This document shows, one piece after another, positions 59,935-64,000 of a stretch of 64,000 nt of DNA (positions are counted from its first letter, which is position 1; the number at the start of each line of letters is the position of its first letter). Source of the stretch: an uncultured bacterium (GTDB lineage: Bacteria; Patescibacteriota; JACMRA01); the NCBI GenBank assembly GCA_963784355.1, contig CAWAQU010000006.1, forward strand, positions 14,517 through 78,516, given 5' to 3'. The notes under the pieces are model-generated. The model was not told where the DNA came from. It did no database searches and saw only the letters and a program-made list of their open reading frames with translations. Both the position numbers and the translations under genes were made by a program.

Positions 59935-61005
59935 ATGAAGAATACATTCAGTGAGTCTAAGAAAATCATTAACAAACCATCCAAAGATACTTTAATATTG
60001 AATCACTTAAAAGAGAAAAAGGATAGAATACTTAAAAATAAGCTACTTACTGAAACTGAACGGTCTGAGTTACTAAAGAAAATCCACCAAGAAATAGAAA
60101 GTATTGAAAACAAGGTTAGTTTAGATAGTAAAAGCCGTAGGCAATTAAATCAATCACTTGCAAACAAGTCTGCATCTAAGCCATCAAAATTTGAAAACAT
60201 ACTTAAACCCGCGAAAAGGGCCTTATCAATTGCTTTGATTTCCATAATAGGAAGTTTTAACCCGAGCTTAGCTGCAGGTACTAATTCTACTGTACAAATT
60301 CAGAATAATCATGCCCAAGCTTTAAAACAATCCACCACTCAGAAGGATTTTGAATCTAATTTTAAACAAAAAATCACATCCCCGGATTCACAGCGACCTA
60401 CTACTCTAGAAATAATTTATAATACTGTAGAAAAAGATAATACTATAACTAGAGATAATCTTGCAGAATTATTTAATCAAGCTTTACTAGCCAATTTCAA
60501 AACTACAGAAAATCCTCAAACTGATCTAAACACCAAGATTGCAGACACAGCACTTAGTATTTCTAACTATTTTACAGACAACAATAATTCTCAAATTACA
60601 CATGCAGAATTTATGTTGAAAATTCAAAATCCAAACACTGCTAAATTTATAACAAAAAAGTTAAATATGTATTTTGGAAAAGATGTTACCGTGTTAAGTA
60701 AATATTGGACATCGCTACTTGACCCTAATAACTCTACAAAAGTTGGCCAAATTAATGAAAATTTCAAAAAACAAGGAAAAGACCCTGAGAAATACAAACA
60801 AAATAATCCAAGCTACTTGCAAATGGTAGAGTCGCGTAATGAATCTAAAGGAGATAATGCAAATGTGGTTTGGACGGCAACATTATTTTTGATTTCAACA
60901 GCACTACAAAGTTTAGCTAAAAGATTCTCTGCAAATAAAAGTACTCAATATATAAGACCAACCCCTACCCCAGGAAATCTTTCACGTCGCTCACAAAATC
61001 TTTAG
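59935..61005 (+). CDS. Hypothetical protein with internal signal-like segment and C-terminal hydrophobic helix
   Basis: KRALSIALISIIGSFNPSLAA at about residue 95; ANVVWTATLFLISTAL near the C-terminus. Confidence 0.7.
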   Translation: MKNTFSESKKIINKPSKDTLILNHLKEKKDRILKNKLLTETERSELLKKIHQEIESIENKVSLDSKSRRQLNQSLANKSASKPSKFENILKPAKRALSIALISIIGSFNPSLAAGTNSTVQIQNNHAQALKQSTTQKDFESNFKQKITSPDSQRPTTLEIIYNTVEKDNTITRDNLAELFNQALLANFKTTENPQTDLNTKIADTALSISNYFTDNNNSQITHAEFMLKIQNPNTAKFITKKLNMYFGKDVTVLSKYWTSLLDPNNSTKVGQINENFKKQGKDPEKYKQNNPSYLQMVESRNESKGDNANVVWTATLFLISTALQSLAKRFSANKSTQYIRPTPTPGNLSRRSQNL

Positions 61006-61840
61006 TCTTATCATCCATTGGTTCATGGCCGGCAAAACTGTAAATTTTGTATTTAAAGTTTGTTAGGCCCGGCTTGTTTGGACCTACCACAGTTTTCCTA
61101 AGTGACAATAGTTTATTTTGTTCATCTAGGTATTTTCTAAGTTTTCTGAGACTGCCGGACGGAGTCAACGGATCAAACTGTCCTCCAATACCAAGCACAG
61201 GAATTTCGTTAAATAGCAATTGTTCATCAAGACTCATTTTTTTATATATCTTATCAAATTGATAGTCTTTAATGATATCTTTGCAGGACCTTAGGCCTTT
61301 TCTTTCCGGATTATCTATGCAAATGCTCAATATAGTTTTATAGCGTATGTTTTTTACGTAATCAAATAGCTTAATTACCCTTTTTAAATTAAATTTAAAG
61401 ATAATTTTTTCGTAAAAGAGTTCCAAAAATGCTACCGAGATAGGATTAAAATTGAACCCACAGCTTACAAGTATTAATTTATTAACTCTACTTGAGTTTC
61501 TAAGCGCGAAATATAAAGCAGCAACCCCCCCAACTGAGTGGCCAATTAGAATTAATTTATCTTCTTTTAATGCAGCTACAGCTTCCTGATTTTTAGAAAA
61601 AAATAGTTTATCTGCCAATTCCATTTGTTTTTGATGTCTTTCTGCTGCTTCTTGTTCAATGAACTTTTCTAAATCACTTAAATCAAAGTACTTGTCATTC
61701 TTGGGATGTCCAGGAAGTGAAATTGTAAATAAGTCCAGCAAAAACTTGTCGCTATAACTTTGATCCAGGCCTAAAATTCCTCTAATTTGAGGAAGCCAAA
61801 AACTATTTGTTGCTCCTGTACCATGAATGAAAAGAAACAT
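60965..61840 (-). CDS. Alpha/beta hydrolase
   Basis: IHGTG, LPGH, GHSVGG nucleophile, FDPLTP, AGHEP. Confidence 0.85.
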   Translation of the reverse strand: MFLFIHGTGATNSFWLPQIRGILGLDQSYSDKFLLDLFTISLPGHPKNDKYFDLSDLEKFIEQEAAERHQKQMELADKLFFSKNQEAVAALKEDKLILIGHSVGGVAALYFALRNSSRVNKLILVSCGFNFNPISVAFLELFYEKIIFKFNLKRVIKLFDYVKNIRYKTILSICIDNPERKGLRSCKDIIKDYQFDKIYKKMSLDEQLLFNEIPVLGIGGQFDPLTPSGSLRKLRKYLDEQNKLLSLRKTVVGPNKPGLTNFKYKIYSFAGHEPMDDKTKDFVSDVKDFLG

Positions 61841-62034
61841 GTATTCTATATTTAGCTATACATCAATCTTAAGGTGTTGTCAAAAATTTATACTGATTCT
61901 AATTAAAAATTTTACCATAAGGCATAGATTAGTACACTCCGTCGATAAAGGCAGTATAATAATAGTTCAATATAGACGTCACCACGAATAAGAACAAGCT
62001 CAAGAAAGATTTAAAGATTAACGCTGAAACCCCC

Positions 62035-62064
62035 TTGACCAAAGTTAGAAACTGAGGCTAAATT
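62035..62064 (+). promoter_or_regulatory. Putative sigma70 promoter directly upstream of the lepA fragment
   Basis: TTGACC-N18-TAAATT ending 8 nt before ATG. Confidence 0.5.
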
Positions 62065-62072
62065 CAAGAAAT

Positions 62073-63290
62073 ATGCTACAGGCTCTTATATTTGATTCTT
62101 TTTACGATAAACATCGCGGCGTGGTGGCTTATTTAAGGCTTTTTAACGGTGAATTAAAACCGGGCCAAACAATTCACTTCTTAGCTACAGGCACCAAAGC
62201 TGTTTGTCAGGAAGTAGGAACCTTCAGCCCTGAAATGACTCCTGCAAAAGTGTTGGAAAATGGTGAGGTAGGATATTTAATTACCGGTCTAAAGGAATTG
62301 CAAAATGTAAAGGTCGGTGACACTGTCTGTGATAAAGATGATAGGTCTCTTGCCCTACCCGGTTATACTGAAGTAGTACCAAAAGTCTTTTCCAGTCTTT
62401 TCCCTACAAATGCTGATGATTATCCTAAATTAAGAGATTCTATCAATAAATTGAAGCTAAACGATGCAGCTCTCACTTTTGAAACTGAAAATATTCCTGC
62501 ACTAGGTTTTGGTTTTAGATGCGGTTTTTTGGGACTTTTGCACATGGATATTGTCCAGGAAAGATTGAGCCGTGAATTTGATTTGGACCTAGTAATCACT
62601 ACACCTTCTGTAGAGTACAAGATTATTTTAACTGATGGTGAACTTATTTCTATCCATACTCCAAGTGAACTTCCGGACCCGTCAAAAATAAAAGAAATCC
62701 AGGAACCTTGGATTAAGATTGAAATTATTACTCCCGAAGAATATACAGGTAAAATTATTGAGTTAGTCACCAGTCGCAGAGGTAGCTATGACAGTATAAA
62801 CCTGCTTTCTCAAGGACAACTACAAATCACCGGAGAAATGCCACTTTCCGAAATGATTGTTGATTTTTATGACGATTTAAAGTCTGCAACCAAGGGTTAT
62901 GCAACGATGTCTTATGATTTGATCGGCTTTAGAACTGAAACTTTGGTCAAACTTGATATTTTGGTAAATCAAAGGGCAGTTGATCCATTATCTATTATTA
63001 CACACAAATCCCAATCTGAGGAAAGAGGTAGGCAAGTTTGCGAAAAATTAAAAGAATTGATCCCTCGTCAACAGTTTGAAATAGCAATTCAAGCGTCAAT
63101 TGGTTCTAGAATTATAGCAAGAGAAACTATCAAACCATTTAGAAAAGATGTAACGGCGAAACTGTACGGTGGCGATATGACACGTAGAATGAAATTGCTT
63201 GATAAGCAAAAGGAGGGTAAAAAACGAATGAAAATGGTAGGTAATGTGGAAATTCCTCAAACAGCATTTTTAAATGTATTGAAAAAATAG
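62073..63290 (+). CDS. lepA: LepA/EF4 lacking the entire N-terminal G domain (domain II to CTD)
   Basis: Starts LQALIFDSFYDKHRGVV; LGFGFRCGFLGLLHM, RKDVTAKLYGGD, KQKEGKKRMK; no GxxxxGKS upstream in any frame examined. Confidence 0.92.
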   Translation: MLQALIFDSFYDKHRGVVAYLRLFNGELKPGQTIHFLATGTKAVCQEVGTFSPEMTPAKVLENGEVGYLITGLKELQNVKVGDTVCDKDDRSLALPGYTEVVPKVFSSLFPTNADDYPKLRDSINKLKLNDAALTFETENIPALGFGFRCGFLGLLHMDIVQERLSREFDLDLVITTPSVEYKIILTDGELISIHTPSELPDPSKIKEIQEPWIKIEIITPEEYTGKIIELVTSRRGSYDSINLLSQGQLQITGEMPLSEMIVDFYDDLKSATKGYATMSYDLIGFRTETLVKLDILVNQRAVDPLSIITHKSQSEERGRQVCEKLKELIPRQQFEIAIQASIGSRIIARETIKPFRKDVTAKLYGGDMTRRMKLLDKQKEGKKRMKMVGNVEIPQTAFLNVLKK

Positions 63291-63293
63291 AAG

Positions 63294-64000
63294 ATGGCAG
63301 ACTTTATTGATATTAGATCTTTTTTAGCCTCAAATGTAGATAATCTACTAGAAAACTTGGCTATTCGCAGGCAGTCTACAAAAAACGATACAGAAGATCT
63401 ATTTGGAGAAGCACATGAAAACAGTAGTGAAATGAATTGGAAACTGAGCTATAATCCATATTCCAAGATTGACGTCCTGTTGCAAGAAAAAGAGAGTTTG
63501 GGCTTGTATGTATCCGGTCACCCTTTAGATGACTACAAAGAGCTACTGTATTGGTGTAGAGAGGTTTGTGCAAGGGATGACATATATATTGTTTTAGTTG
63601 ATAAGATCAGGAGAATTTTTACTAAAACTAACGCTATGATGTTTGCTTTGGAGATATCTGTACCTGATTTGGAAGCTGAGGGTATAATTTTTCCGAAGAA
63701 TGCTATGCATTTGGCCCCACTTTTGGAAGATAAAGAAATTTATTGGGTAAAGGGTAAAGTACAACAAAGTAAAAAGGCTGCGGCTGCGGCTAAAAATAGT
63801 AAAAAGGCTGCATCAGATTCTGTAGATGTGGAAGCGGTAATTGAAGAAGAAAAAGAGGAAGGTGAAATAAGAGAGTACGATGAATTGCCCAAGTTAATTA
63901 TTGATAGCTTGGTAAAGTTTGAAGAAGGCCTTGTACCTTTATTTCTACATGAAGAAATTCCACTAGCACTTAATCGATTAGAAAAGATCAAAAAAATTAA
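63294..64000 (+). CDS. dnaE: DNA polymerase III alpha C-terminal part only (clamp-binding region + OB fold); not in ORF track, runs off window
   Basis: MADFIDIRSFLASNVDNLL...EDLFG...LLQEKESLGLYVSGHPLDDY...IRRIFTKTNAMMFALE...EGIIFP...VKGKV; ATG 3 bp after lepA stop. Confidence 0.82.
   Translation, partial: MADFIDIRSFLASNVDNLLENLAIRRQSTKNDTEDLFGEAHENSSEMNWKLSYNPYSKIDVLLQEKESLGLYVSGHPLDDYKELLYWCREVCARDDIYIVLVDKIRRIFTKTNAMMFALEISVPDLEAEGIIFPKNAMHLAPLLEDKEIYWVKGKVQQSKKAAAAAKNSKKAASDSVDVEAVIEEEKEEGEIREYDELPKLIIDSLVKFEEGLVPLFLHEEIPLALNRLEKIKKI

Noticed and set aside
1056-62003. CAAGCTCAA about 40 bp upstream of the -35 box of both the typA and lepA fragments
   Set aside because: Only a 9-mer in two instances with unequal spacing (43 vs 40 bp) and no further shared structure; compatible with chance.
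5-63991. Short antisense or alternate-frame ORFs in the track (e.g. 9570-9959, 12427-12726, 35526-35924, 44050-52020 set, 63740-63991)
   Set aside because: They lie wholly within confident genes on the opposite strand or frame and have shadow-ORF composition.
62073-64000. Split inteins or group I/II intron pieces explaining the gene fragments
   Set aside because: No C-intein HN-C/S/T junction in the fragments and no recognisable intron core in the short flanks.
1-64000. Transposases, integrases, prophage genes, rRNA
   Set aside because: No supporting motifs seen in any ORF or intergenic region.

Overview
AT-rich bacterial chromosome segment (standard genetic code) that looks like a reduced Patescibacteria/CPR genome. 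It has scrambled housekeeping genes (dnaN, groESL, xth, pgi, lysS, murB, priA, aspS, rpoB without rpoC, dnaG), no clear Shine-Dalgarno signals, many sigma70 promoters almost abutting start codons, and one tRNA-Cys. The window appears to span the replication terminus. A 28-bp near-palindromic dif-like site lies inside the priA coding sequence (29513-29540). All 10 GGGNAGGG (KOPS) octamers found by eye point toward it, and local G/C skew flips there. Five further exact copies of its 12-bp arm (GACTTCGTATAA) lie in intergenic DNA on both sides with replichore-polarised orientation. Other notable items: a Lys-rich leader-peptide attenuator upstream of lysS; a PTH2/DUF2000-like domain fused to LysRS; stand-alone C-terminal halves of TypA, LepA and DnaE; and a mirror-image divergent locus of two small helical proteins each followed by a giant (3011 and 2180 aa) protein with no signal peptide. 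Two or three single-base homopolymer frameshifts are probably assembly errors. All counts were made by eye and no database searches were run.
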